DNA from: the human T2T-CHM13v2.0 reference genome, Homo sapiens
Assembly (NCBI RefSeq): GCF_009914755.1
Contig: NC_060926.1
Reading direction: 5' to 3' (one strand)
Length of the DNA stretch: 64,000 bases
The notes below the pieces were generated by a model. It made no database searches, was not told where the DNA came from, and worked only from the letters and a program-made list of their open reading frames with translations. Shown here in pieces: positions 27,518-39,874 of this stretch (position 1 is its first letter; each line of letters opens with the position of its first letter). The position numbers and the translations under genes were made by a program.

Positions 27518-29289
27518 AAGTATTTGTTAAATTAACTGTGGGTCAGCTTTGAAAATATTAAGAGTATCCAAAACCCACTGGTATTGATTTCCTATTTTTG
27601 TATGACACAGTTATATTAATGAGAAGTTGAGTCAGGGAAAAATAAGATAATCCCTGGCTTTTCTGCTTTAAGTATAGCATACACTCTCTGCATGTAGTAA
27701 ACTTTGTTTCTCTCACATTAAGATTGTAAAAATAGTACCCACTAAATTATTTTCTGGCTCTATAAGTGCTCCCCATTGACACTAGATTTCCATTATACAT
27801 TATCCTTTACTCCAGCTCTTATACTTCCAAACGTGGGATATTAGTTATTTCTCTGAAATCCCTATTTTTCTTCTTGTGTAATATACTGCTTATTAAGAAG
27901 AGGAATTGTTTTCCTGATAAAATTTTTGGTTTTATTTATTCCTTATGTTTGATCACTTATTCAGATTCTTAGGCATGTATTGTTTTTAAATTAAGTTTTA
28001 TCATTGCCACAAATTATTTACTTACTTTCAATTAAATTAATTTGATAAAAAATTATTATAGAAGATACATGTATTAATTGTTGTTAAATTTGTATGAAGA
28101 TGAAAAATAATACTCAAAGATCTCATAATTCAGAAGTTTCTACCATTAATGTTGATAGGCATGTCTTTATAGTTCTTTTTCCTGTTTAAATTTAACGTGT
28201 TTTAATTTATACTAAAAATTAAATGTATTCATTTAAAATGGCTGTGAACACAGTTTGCAATATTTCCGTAGCATTTACTAGTGTTAGTAAAACATGTTTG
28301 CAGTAGCTACTCTGCTACTTTTGGGATTTGTGTTGGATCTGATTTTTCCCTATTATGTCTAATATTGTGACAGATATGTCTACAAGCAAAGCAGAAAGCA
28401 ACGTTCTCCCCAAATTTAAATTATCTAAAAATAAATTTATAAAAGTCAAAAATCAAATTTTTAAATTATGAAATGTTAGCCTTTGTTATATATTTAAAAT
28501 TGTTTTCTAAAATAGTGTTTCATCTTAGCAATAATTAGATAGATATATTTTTAAATAAACTGGCTCCAGCACAAAAGCATACTTTTAATGTCCACCTGCT
28601 TGAAATGACATTGTCAATTTTTTTATATCTTTGTGTCTAATATTATTCAAAACCACCTATTTTAGAATTTTCATCACGTGACATTGCAGTGGTCTATCTC
28701 TGAAAGTCTCCATCTGCTCCATCAATATAGAAATAACCTCATATCTGTTCTCTGTATTCTAGCTGCTATTTTCATTTTCTCCCTGAGAAGTAACCAGGAA
28801 GATTAAGCTAATACTTTTGACCTTAAGTGTTGCTTGTTTTGTTTCCTCAAATGTAAGCAATTTTTTTTGACATTTGAGATATTTATAATGCCAACACTTT
28901 TCACATAAAATCCTATATAAAATTTTTAAAAATTAGCCAAGTGTTGAAAAACAGCAGGATGTGCAATAATAAGATTAAATTTGACTTAAATTTAACCTTA
29001 AATTTATTAAATGTTGAGTATCTATTTGGCAGAAATTATCATATTTAAGTTTTAAAAGAATTTTGAAATAGTATCAGGGTAGAGTATATGCTGCTTTGAT
29101 TGAGATACCCCAATTTAATGGCCCCAGTAGAACACAGCAGTGATCAACCTTATTTCACTACCTCCACAATTGGCTCACATTTCTGTCATTTTCTCACCAG
29201 CATCAACTCTTGTAATTATCAGTGATTTTTAGCCAAGAAAACATACTACTTTTTCCACATAATAGTCTCTACTGCATAATACCCTCCCC

Positions 29290-31720
29290 ACAAAAAAACA
29301 AGAACAAACTTCTTATAGTTCTGTTAGTTTTTTGTTGGTTTATCTTGGTCTTAGACGTGCAGCTTCTGGAATGATGACCTCACTCACATATCCAAAAGTT
29401 GTTGTTGGCTAGTGGCTGATAAGCCTCAGTTTCTCCTCTATGCAGCCTTTCATAATTCAATACATTAGACATGAACATATTAGGACAGCATTCCAAGACA
29501 TTGAGGACAGAATATGCAAAGCCACTCAAGGGCTAGTCTCAGAACTTTCACAATGTCACTTCTGTTTAATAGTGTTGGTCAAAAGAAGTCACAAAGCCAG
29601 CCCACATCTAAGGAGTAGGAAACAGATTCCACCTTTGGATTGGAGGATTAGCAAAGTCAGAATCCAAAGGTTGTGCATAGGAAATTGGGAAGAATTTGTG
29701 ACCAAATATTGAAATCTACTTTAAACCCTCTCTCACTAGAATTCTTTATATATCTTCATCCTTAAAAATGTACTCATTCTGGCCCAGCACAGTGGCTCAT
29801 GACTGTAATCTCAGCACTTTGAGAGGCCAAGGGAGGAGGATTGCTTGAGCCCAGGAGTTTGAGACCAGCCTGGGCATCATAGAAAACCTCATCTCTACAG
29901 TAAGAATAACTGGATGTGGCAGTGCACACCTGTAGTCCAAGCTACTTAGGAGGCTGAGGTAGGAGAATTTCTTGAGCCCGGGAGCTTGAGGCTACAGTGA
30001 GCCATGAGCCATGATCATACCACTGCACTTCAGCCTGGATAACAAAGTGAGATCCTGTTGCCAAAAAAAAAAAAAAAAAAAATACTCCTTCACTCTTAGG
30101 ACCATGAAAGTTTTACCTAATTATGGCATCATGCTCAAAATTAGGATACCATGATCTGAATCTGACCTATATGTAGATAGACTTCTTGAGTACAACTCCT
30201 CTTAATCCAGAGATCTACAAATTAGAAAAACAAGTTATCTATATCATCCCTTCACCCAATACACAACGATGGGACAAGGACAGCATAATCATCAGACACA
30301 TTAAAAAACAGGAAGAATGGGATCACATAGCAATCACTGATTTGTAGCAATTTTGTAATTCAACCTGGCATACATTGCCAGTTTGCTCAACCTTGACAGC
30401 AGGGTATGGTCCTTGATAAACATCTATTTTTTTTTCCCTTGTGAGTCCTTTTTTACTACATTGTAAATGGCTCGGGCTCTGATTTCTTGAAGCTTGGCTC
30501 TAGGACTATGATTGAGATTTTCTTCATTCCTTGATAGGCATAGCTATAATTGTTTTGGAAACCATCTCTCTACTTTGTTCATGTGTGATGTTGCTGTGGC
30601 ATGACATTCTATTCTTATAAAACCCTCATTTATTTATTTTTTCTTTTCTTAAGCTGTGAAGTTCTAATGGACTTTTTTTACGTATTCAGAATCTTAAAAA
30701 AAAGTTTTCTGCTACTTTTAATTTATTTTTTGTCTCAGGGCCATTTCTCACCTTGGGAATATTTTCTAGATGAGTGGAGATGAGAAATAGCTGTATTTCC
30801 AACTCGGTACATTCTAGAACTTCACGGTTTTTTTAATATATCAAAAATACATTAGATTAGAAAATTAAACAGTTTTTAAATAAGTTTATTTATGTTTTAT
30901 GCATCATTTATGCAGCCAAAACGAACAAATAAACAAAAAAACCTGCCACTTTCAGTAGGTCGTCTGGAAACCTCATTAGCTAGTTTCACACATCAATTAA
31001 ATTTATATTCTAGCTTCTAAGCTACCACAAAAAACAATTTGCCAATTGTTCTGCCACTATTTTTCACTGGTTGCCCTTTTTCAAGTCTCTAATAACAGTT
31101 TTATCACCATTCTTTCAACTTTTACCCACCTCCTGGTCCCAAAGCCAGTGCCACATTTTAGGTTTTTGTTAGGTCAACACTTCATTTACTGACAGCAATT
31201 ACTGTAACAACACATAAAAAACAGCTCAAAACTCCGTAGCTTAAAACCACAACTACCAGTTGTATCTTCACAGTTTTGCATTCAGTCTTAACTGTGTATT
31301 TTACCTCTATACTATTTGGCTCACTCATGCATTTCTAGTGATTGTCTGGAACATGCAAGATGGCCTCATTCAAAAATCTACTGTCTCAGCTGGTATGATT
31401 GGCAAGGCTGGGATCTGGCTGGACCTCTCTCTATTTTTTAATTCTTTTATTTTCCAGGGCTTGTCTCTTCATGTGGCCTCTCATCCTGTAGGGGGCTAGT
31501 CTGAGCTTTTTTAAATGAAATCTCAGAGCAACCGCAGAACCAAAGCATAAAGTACAATGCCTCTTAAGGCCAAGCATTACAACTTTCACAATGAAACACT
31601 TAGATTCTCCTTATCTAAGCAAGTTTTAACATCAGCCATGGTTCAGTGTGGAAGGGAACACACAGGGGATGAATTTAGCGAGGTGTGATTTATTGATGTC
31701 AGTTTTGTAACAACCCAGTG
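29290..31720 (-). mobile_element. MLT1 (G/H/I-like) MaLR provirus relic: LTR ~29290-29720, internal ~29720-31200, LTR ~31200-31720
   Basis: Both flanks carry 'ctttcacaatg...' / 'agtcacaaagccagccca' MLT1 motifs; the internal part ends with the reverse MaLR leader 'cccaaagccagtgccacattttaggtttttgtt...gcaattt'. Confidence 0.6.
29781..30082 (+). mobile_element. AluJ SINE
   Basis: 'ggaggattgcttgagcccaggagtttgagaccagcctgggc', 'gaggctacagtgagccatga' (J diagnostics), A tail; degenerate TSD aaaaatgtactcattc / aaaaatactccttc. Confidence 0.92.
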
Positions 31721-31760
31721 CATCACCATAAAACATGGAATATTTAAAAGATTTTTAGGA

Positions 31761-31926
31761 GGTTGTGCTTGTAATCCCAGCTACTCAGGAGGCAGAGACA
31801 GGAGAATCACTTGAACCCAGGACGTGGAGGTTGCCATGAGCCAAGATCACACCACCGCACTCCAGCCTGGGTAACAAGAGCAAAACTCTCTGTCTGAAAA
31901 ATTGTAATAATAATAAAAAATAAAAA
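31761..31926 (+). mobile_element. 5'-truncated Alu (right monomer only)
   Basis: 'tgtaatcccagctactcaggaggcagagacaggagaatcacttgaaccc'; TSD TAAAAGATTTTTAGGA at 31745-31760 and 31927-31942. Confidence 0.9.
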
Positions 31927-32074
31927 TAAAAGATTTTTAGGAAGCATATACAGTTTTAAATATCCTTTTAGGGATTATATAAATATAATGCTATTTCCAT
32001 TACAACCAATTTCCACATCCTCTGGTTGAGAATACTAATCAAGCGATCACTTATAGAGTATTTGTGGAGGAGAA

Positions 32075-32300
32075 TAATATAGTAATTAAGGTCACAAGCT
32101 TTAGATAGAGAAGACCTGGATTCAAATTTAGGGTTGGTTATTTCTTTGATGTATGATTTGGGGTATTACTCTTTGACTTTTGAATTCTTATTTGTACTAT
32201 AGCATGAGAAAGCTAATGATAGAAACCAACCTCGTAGATTAAATGAAAAATATGGAATAGTTTCTGGCATATAATAACCTTCATTAGCTGTACATGTATA
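32075..32300 (+). mobile_element. MIR SINE
   Basis: 'atatagtaattaaggtcacaagctttagatagagaagacctggattcaaat...tatgatttggggtattactctttgac'. Confidence 0.6.
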
Positions 32301-32919
32301 ATAGTACACATAAAACCAAAGGTAGATAAGAAAGAGCAAAAACATATACAGTTGAATGTTTAAGTATTTTGATAAATGCATTTGCAAGATTCTACGGAAG
32401 CTCAGAAATGGGGTGTGCAAACATGATTGAGAAGATAACTCTAAATGAGTAGAAATAGATGAAAAGAGAAGCAGGACTGTGGACTGTAGGAAGAAAACCA
32501 AACCCGTGGAACGGAACCACAGTGGAAACTGAGGTGAGAAGTTCATGGTCCGGCAGCAGCAGAGGATAAGGCAAGGGACAAAAGTATATTGTGTTCTAGG
32601 GAAGTTCTGGACCTCCCAACTGGAATTTGTGAGAAGTTAGAGACATATTTCATGTAGAGAAATTCTGTGCATAAATTTGTGTTTTAGAAAAACACTCTGT
32701 CAGCAAAGTTAGAGGAATTTAAACACCTTCAGAGAGAAAACCTCTACACCTTGTTAACTGGTTGTATAGTTCTGGTTGCAAGTGAGAAGAAAGAGTTGAC
32801 ATTTTAATGTATAAGAAAAGATTTTTATATAGATACTATTCCTTAGTAACATAGCTGCTGCATAAAATAAGGTATATGTGTACACACATGAATATGAAAG
32901 AGTTGTCCAAAATGTATTA

Positions 32920-33255
32920 CAGGCCCACAACAATTTATACAAAATTCTGAAATCCATAAAGCTCAGAAAACTAAAAGCTTTTCTTTCTTTTATCTTTATT
33001 TTTATTTTTGTATTGGCAATAGAAGTAGCTCACCCTACCTGAACTCATTTATGCTGAAAATTGACTGCAAATGATGTGAAGTATTTATCATCTTAAGTTT
33101 TTCCACTTAGGTAACTAATATTTTTTGTGTTTTATTTTTTTGTATAGGAAGGTATACTATAATATATATTATGTATACACTGTATTCCCACTCTTAACTC
33201 ATATATATGAAATATTTCTGGTCCCAAGAGTTTTGTATTAAAAATTGCATCTCTG
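32920..33255. mobile_element. TcMar-Tigger-type non-autonomous DNA transposon
   Basis: TA followed by 'caggcccacaa...aaaattctgaaatccataaagctcagaaaact'; degenerate reverse terminus 'tttctggtcccaagagttttg...aattgcatctctg'. Confidence 0.5.
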
Positions 33256-35445
33256 TGTTATTTAATTATATAATTTAAAAACATTATAATCCAAGTCAGA
33301 GCAAGGAGTGTAGTCAAAATATCTAAATTCATTTCAAAAAGAGAAAAACTATTATTATTGTTATTATTTATATACACCTTATATCTAGCACCAGATCATC
33401 GTTAAATTTCAATTGGGTTGACAACATCAAACTCTGCCTCACCTTGTTATAATCAATTATGACTCTGATGAAGCAGTTTGAATAAACAAGTCTGTTGTGA
33501 CTGTCATATCTTGTTAAAGGAAGATAAAAACAAGAGAGTTGGGGGAGACCACTGCATATGGTCACGATATTGTAAAACCAAGTGCTAACTGGAAACGAGA
33601 CCAGCCTACAAGGCTATGCTTGAGCCATCTGTTTACAGTCTGGTGCTCCACAGCTTGCAAGGTTGTTAATCTATCAATTTAAAAGCTACATATGTATTTT
33701 TATATCATTTCAAATTGCTAAAAAATGGCATTAATATAGGAAAGTATCTGGAATGATTGTTTGCAGACTCTGACTCCTCTCAAGTACTCAGGGGAATGTA
33801 CTTAAATTGCTTTCAGTCTATTTTATATTTTTCATAGCACCTAGTACAATGTTATTTACTCAGATAGTTGTCATCAGCAAACCCTTATTGGATATATTAA
33901 AGCCCAGAGGCCCTCTTCTACACTTCCTGGGGTCTTTAAAGTTATACATAGACTATAATAATATATAATGTTCCCCTTATTCATCTCTTAGCCATGACCA
34001 CATGAGCAAACTGCTATCTCATTTTTCTAAGGTGGCTTGAAAGAGAAGGTGTATATGGCTCCCTTTCTGGCTGTTGTATTATGACTTCTCCAATTTCCCT
34101 ACCACCGTACCGTGTATTGAGTCCTATAACATATGTGATTTTATTCAATTACAAAATGAATAAAATGAATTATTTTATATATCTAGAATGAGTTGTATAT
34201 ATCTTTCACAGACAGGCAAAAATATGAGACAGTAGTTGGATGTTATATTTTCAGATACTGCTCAAATCTGAGAATGTCCTCTGTAACTTTCTCATATGAA
34301 TGACAACGTGGCTAGGTAGAACATTTCTGGAACATATTATTTTCCTCTCAAAATGCTCAATTGACTTAATTGCTTTCCTGACAGTGATGCTATAGGAAAG
34401 TCTCATGTCACTGTTATTTTATTTTTTCTGTAAGGTGCTGCCGTTTTTTTATGTCTCGTGCTAAAAGAATTAATTACTTAACTTTGAAGGTCATGGTTTT
34501 CACAAGAATATGTGTGTTTTAGCATTTGCTGTATGTTAGGTCAGACAATATACTCAAGTGATATATTTTTGTTAAAAGTCTTTGTGGTCGAATGATTTGG
34601 TAAGTGGAATATACTGTTATCATCCTTGAAGAACCACCAGGCACACTAGCATTTCGAGGCTGAGAAGCCCTGTAGTTGAGAAATCTGGTGAACTGTTCTT
34701 CATCCAAAGCTTTCCAAACTTATTTGAATATTCAAACACTTGTTTCCTGTCACTGCTAGCACATCTGTTGGCTAGACACTCCCAAATTTAAAGGCACACA
34801 TACAAATGTCCACTATATCACTGATTTGCTTTTTAAATTATTCTTTTTTAATCTTTAATGTGTATTGTTTATAATTATGTGGATGCATTTTGGTTTTAAA
34901 GCATTCTTTCTTTATATTATCTAGCTTCTTTGTTGTAAATTTCCACTTACCTCTCAATTAACTTTTTACCTCACACTGTTATCCTATCTTATTTCATTTT
35001 ATAGAATCTATGCTCCATAAATTTGACTGAGATAATAGCAGATGCTGTTTAAAGTTTACTTCTCTTCCCTACAGTGAATCTGTTAAAAAATATGTACTTC
35101 TGCCTTTATTATGTTTTGTTTCTATAACATAATAGAAGCTTTCCTTTGGAATAGTATTACTCTTTTTCCTTCCTGTCCTTATCTATTTAAAAGGAGGCAG
35201 CTGTAAGATTTAGCATTTATTCTAAAACAAAGTAAAAATAATTGTCCTTGACTTTTCACATTTATGTTTAGATTTTTCTGTTGAATATTGGCTGGACGGT
35301 TGATTCACTCTAGACATATACAGTGGGCCAGGGACATGGGGAATTCACAAGGGGAAATTACATTACCTCTGCTAGGCACCAAATCTCATGAGGCTTACCT
35401 GCTTTCTTGCTATTTTCACCTTCAGGGTCAGGGAATGACATTCAC

Positions 35446-36651
35446 TTTTTTAAATTAAATTTTTCATTTTTATGGATTTAGAGGTACAAGTGTAGCTGTG
35501 TTTCATGTATATATTGTGCAGTGGTAAAATCTGAGCTTTTAGTGTACCCATCATTCAAATAATGTACATCATTCCTAATAGTTGGTATATAATCCCTCAC
35601 ACCATTTGGAGTCTGCAATGTCTACCCTCCCACCATTTGGAGTCTGCAATGTCTATTCCACTCTGTATGTCCATGTGTACCATTGTTTACCTCCCACTTT
35701 TAAGTGAGAACATGTGGTTTTTGATTTTCTGTTTCGGAGTCATTTTACTGAAGATAATGGACTTCAGTTCCACAAATATTGCTGCAAAAACATTATTCCA
35801 TTCATTTTTATGGCTGAGTAGTAATCTATGGTGTATATATACACATACATATATATACATATATATACACATACATATATATACATATATATACACATAC
35901 ATATATATACATATATATACACATACATATATATACATATATATACACATACATATATATACATATATATACACATACATATATATACATATATATACAC
36001 ACACGCACACCACAGTTTAAATCAATCATCCATTGATACACAGAGGTTGATTTCATGATTTTTGTTACTCTGAATACTGCTGCAATAAACATGAGTACAG
36101 GTGACATTTTTTGATATTTATTTATTTTCTTTTGAGTAGATACCCAGTAATGGAATTGCTGGATCAAAAGGTAGTTTTATTTTTAGTTTTTTGAGACATT
36201 TCCATACTGTTTTCCGTAGAATTTGCACTAATATACATTCCCATCAGTGAATAAGCATTTCCTTTTTCCACATCCTCACCAACATCTGATGGTTTTTGAC
36301 TTTTTAATGATAGCCATTCTAATCTATATAAGATGGTATCTCATTATAGTTTTAATTTGCATTTCTGTGATGATTGGTGATGTTTAGCATTTTTTCATAT
36401 CTTTGCTGTCTTCTTGTATGTCTTCTTTTGAAAAATGTTTCTTTATATTCTTTGCTCACTTTTCAATAGAGTTATTTGCTTTTCTTCTGTTGAGTTGTTT
36501 AAGTTCCTTTAGATTTTGAATCATAACTTTTTCAGATGAATTGTTTTCAAAAATTTTCTTTCATTCTGTTGGTTGTCTGTTTACTCTGTTCATTATTCCC
36601 TTTGCAGTTCAGGCATCTATTAGTTTACCTAAGTCCCATTTGCCTCTTTCT

Positions 36652-36689
<38 letters not shown>

Positions 36690-38810
36690 GTTTCTTTTTG
36701 TGGACTTAGTTATAAATTATTTGCCTAGAACAATGTCCAGAAGAATTTTCCTAGGATTTCCTCTAGGATTTTTGTAGACCTATAGAAGACCTTTCAGGTC
36801 TTGCATTTAAGTCTTTAATTTACCTTAATTTTTATATATGGTGAGACATATGGCTCCATTTGCATTCTTTTGCATATGGCTCTCCAATTATCCCAGCATC
36901 ATTTATTCAATAGGGTGTTCTTTTCCCAGTGTATATTTTTGCTGACTTTGTCAAACATCAGTTGGTTGTAGGTATGTGGCATTACTTCTGGGTTCTTTAT
37001 TCTGTTTCATTGGTCTGTGTATCTATTTTTCTACCAGTGTCTTGCTATTTTGGCTACTATTGGCTTGTAATCTATTTTGAACTCAGGTAATGCGATGCCT
37101 CTAGCTTTGTTCTTTTGCTTAGTATCACTTTGGCCTATTTGGGCTCTTTGTTTGTTTTATGAATTTTAGAATTGTTTTTTCTACTTCTATGAAGAATGAT
37201 GTTTGTAGTTTGAAAGGAATTGCAATGAATCGGCAGATTGCTTGGGCAGTATGGTTATTTCAACAACATTAATTCCTCTAATCCGTGATCACAGGATGTC
37301 TTTCTATTGGTTTGTGTCTTCTTCAATTTCTTTCAACAGTGTTTTGTAATTTTCCTTGTAGAGATCTTTCATCTCCTTGGTTAAAATTATTCTTAGGGTT
37401 TTCTTTTGTAGTTATTGTAAATGAGATTGCCCTCTTTCTTTCTTTTTTTGGCTAGTTTGTCATTGGTATATAGAAATGCTACAGATTTTTGTAAGATAAT
37501 TTTGTATCCTAAAACTTTACTTAATTTATCAGTTCTAAGAGTTTTCTGGTGGAGTCTTTTTGTTTTGCTAGATATAAATCATATTGTCTGCAAAAAGGGA
37601 CAATTTGACTTTCTCTTTTACAATTTATATGCCTTTTATTTATTTTCTTGCCTGATTGCTATGGCTAGGACTTCCGGTACGGTGTTGAATAGGAGTAAAA
37701 GTGGGCATCCTTGCCTTGCTCTAGTTTTTACAGGAAAGACTTTCAATATTTTCTCATTAAGTATGACATTAGCTGTGGGGTTTGTTGTTTATAGTCTTTG
37801 TTATTTCAAGGTATGGTCCTTCTACACCTAGTTTGTTGAGAGTTTTTATTATGCAGGGATGTCGAATTTTGTCAAATGCTTTTTCTGAATCTATTGAAAT
37901 GATAATATGTTTTTTGCCCTTTATTCTATTGTTATGATTCCTAGCATTTATGAATTTATGTGCATTAAACTGTCCTTGCGTCCTTGCATCCTTGAGATAA
38001 ATCTCACTTAATTAGGGTGTATTATCTTTTTGATGTGATGTTGGATTTTGTTTGCTAATATTTTGTTGAAGGCTTTTGCATCTATATTCTTTAGGGATAC
38101 TGGCCTGTAGTTTTCTTTTGTTGTCGTGTCCTTGTCTGGTTGTGGTATCAAGGTAATGCTAACCTTGTAGAATGAGTTTGAAGAAGTTTCTCCACTTCAA
38201 TTTTTTAAATATGGTTTGAGGAGGATTAGTATTTCTTTATACACTTGGTAAAATTCAGTAGCGAATCCATTCAGTCCTGGGTTTTTCTTTGTCGTGAGGT
38301 TTTTTTTTTTAATTACTGATTAAATATCACTACTCATTATTAGTCTGTTCAGGTTTTCTAATTCTTCTTGATTCAATCTTCTTGATAGGTTGTATATTTC
38401 CAGGAACTTACCCATTTCCTCTAGGTATTCCAGTTTGTTAGTGTATAGTTGTTCATAATGGTCTCTGATGATCTTTTCTATTTCTGTGGTATTATTTAAA
38501 ATCTCTTTTTTATTTCTCTTTTATTTAGATCTTCTCATCTTTTCTTGATTAGTCTAGTTAATGATTTATCAAATTTTTTATCTTTTCAAAGAACAAACTT
38601 CATTTTGTTTATTCTCATTTTTTAGTCTCTATTTTGTTTAGTTCTGCTCTTATCTGTATTATTTTTTCTTCTGCTAATTTTGGATTTGGTTTGTTTTTGA
38701 TTTTCTAGTTCCCTGAAGTGTATGATTGCATTGTTTATTTGAAATCTTTCTTTTTTAATGTTGGTATACATTGCTATCAACGTCGCTCTGAGCACTGATT
38801 TTGTGGGACA
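35446..38810 (-). mobile_element. L1PB (PB3/PB4-like) 5'-truncated LINE-1, ~3.3 kb
   Basis: 3' end 'gagcttttagtgtacccatcattcaaataatgtacatcattcctaatag'; reverse RT motifs at 37580-37720; truncated in the EN-RT linker. Confidence 0.88.
35834..36010. repeat. 26-bp minisatellite, six perfect copies (ACACATACATATATATACATATATAT)
   Basis: Units start at 35841, 35867, 35893, 35919, 35945 and 35971. Confidence 0.92.
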
Positions 38811-39441
38811 GCACATTTCCACTGTGGGAACATTCTCTCAGTTCCATACTCACCACTCATAGCCCTCTGTCCACTGGATCCAAGTGACACTTTCTCCAGA
38901 TAACTCAGCCTCCTCTCTCCATTTCAAACTTTAGAGGACTCATGGAATTCAAGATTTTGTTACTTCCTGAAAGACCAAGCTGTCTTTTCAGAAGTAAAGT
39001 ATCAGTCCTGTCTTTCCTCAAAGGTAGGAACATCTCAATATCACTTTTCCCTCCTTTCCAATAGTGAGCAAGAATTTTTATGTTCACATTGTGTTTGTTG
39101 TTGCTGCAGAGGTGGAAAGAAGGGGCATCATATACTTCTATCCAAGCTTTCCTCAAGTCTGAATCTGTAACTGCTTTTCAGCATTCTATTGGATTTCATA
39201 CTATTTCCCTACTTAAGCTTATAAATATATAACATGTATTTACATAGTAGATGTATATACAATATATAAATTTTTTATTTGTTTGTATTTAGTCTTTTTT
39301 TTTTATACCAAGGCAGAAAATTACTTTCCTACTAATGTGCTTCAGTGTAATTCAATGGGTTGGTTTATATCCACTCCTACAGCTCATTGTGATGTTAGTC
39401 TACTCTATTTTTATTATTCTGGTAACTTTTTAAACAATCTG

Positions 39442-39874
39442 TCATATGGTTTGAGCTGTGCCCCCACCAAATCTCATGTCAAATTCTAATCCCCAGTATT
39501 GGAGGTGGGGCCTGGTAGAAGGTGATTGGATCATGGGGACAGAGTTTTCATGAATAGTTTAGTGCCATCCCCTTTTGGTACTCTATAGTGAGTGAGGTCT
39601 CATGAGATCTGGTTGCTTAAAAGTGTGTGGCACCTCCCCCATTCTCTGTTTGTATTCCTGCCATGTGAGACGCCTGCTCCCTCTTTGCCTTCCACCATGC
39701 GTAAAAGCTCCCTGACGCCTCCTCAGAAGCAGATGCTGCTATGCCTTCTGTACAGTCTGCAGAATCTTGAGCCAATTAAATATCCTTTCTTTATGAATTA
39801 CCTTTCTTTATAAATAGCCTTTCTTCATAAATCTCATATATTTCTTTACAGCAGTGAGAGAACAGAGAAATACA
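39442..39874 (+). mobile_element. MSTA/MSTB MaLR solo LTR
   Basis: 'atatggtttgagctgtgcccccaccaaatctcatgtcaaattctaatccccagtattggaggtggggcctgg...gagccaattaaat...ttctttacagcagtgagagaacagagaaataca'. Confidence 0.88.

Noticed and set aside
35562-36167. Overlapping Y/I/H/T-rich and C/V/Y/M-rich ORFs
   Set aside because: Translations of the 26-bp TA/CA minisatellite
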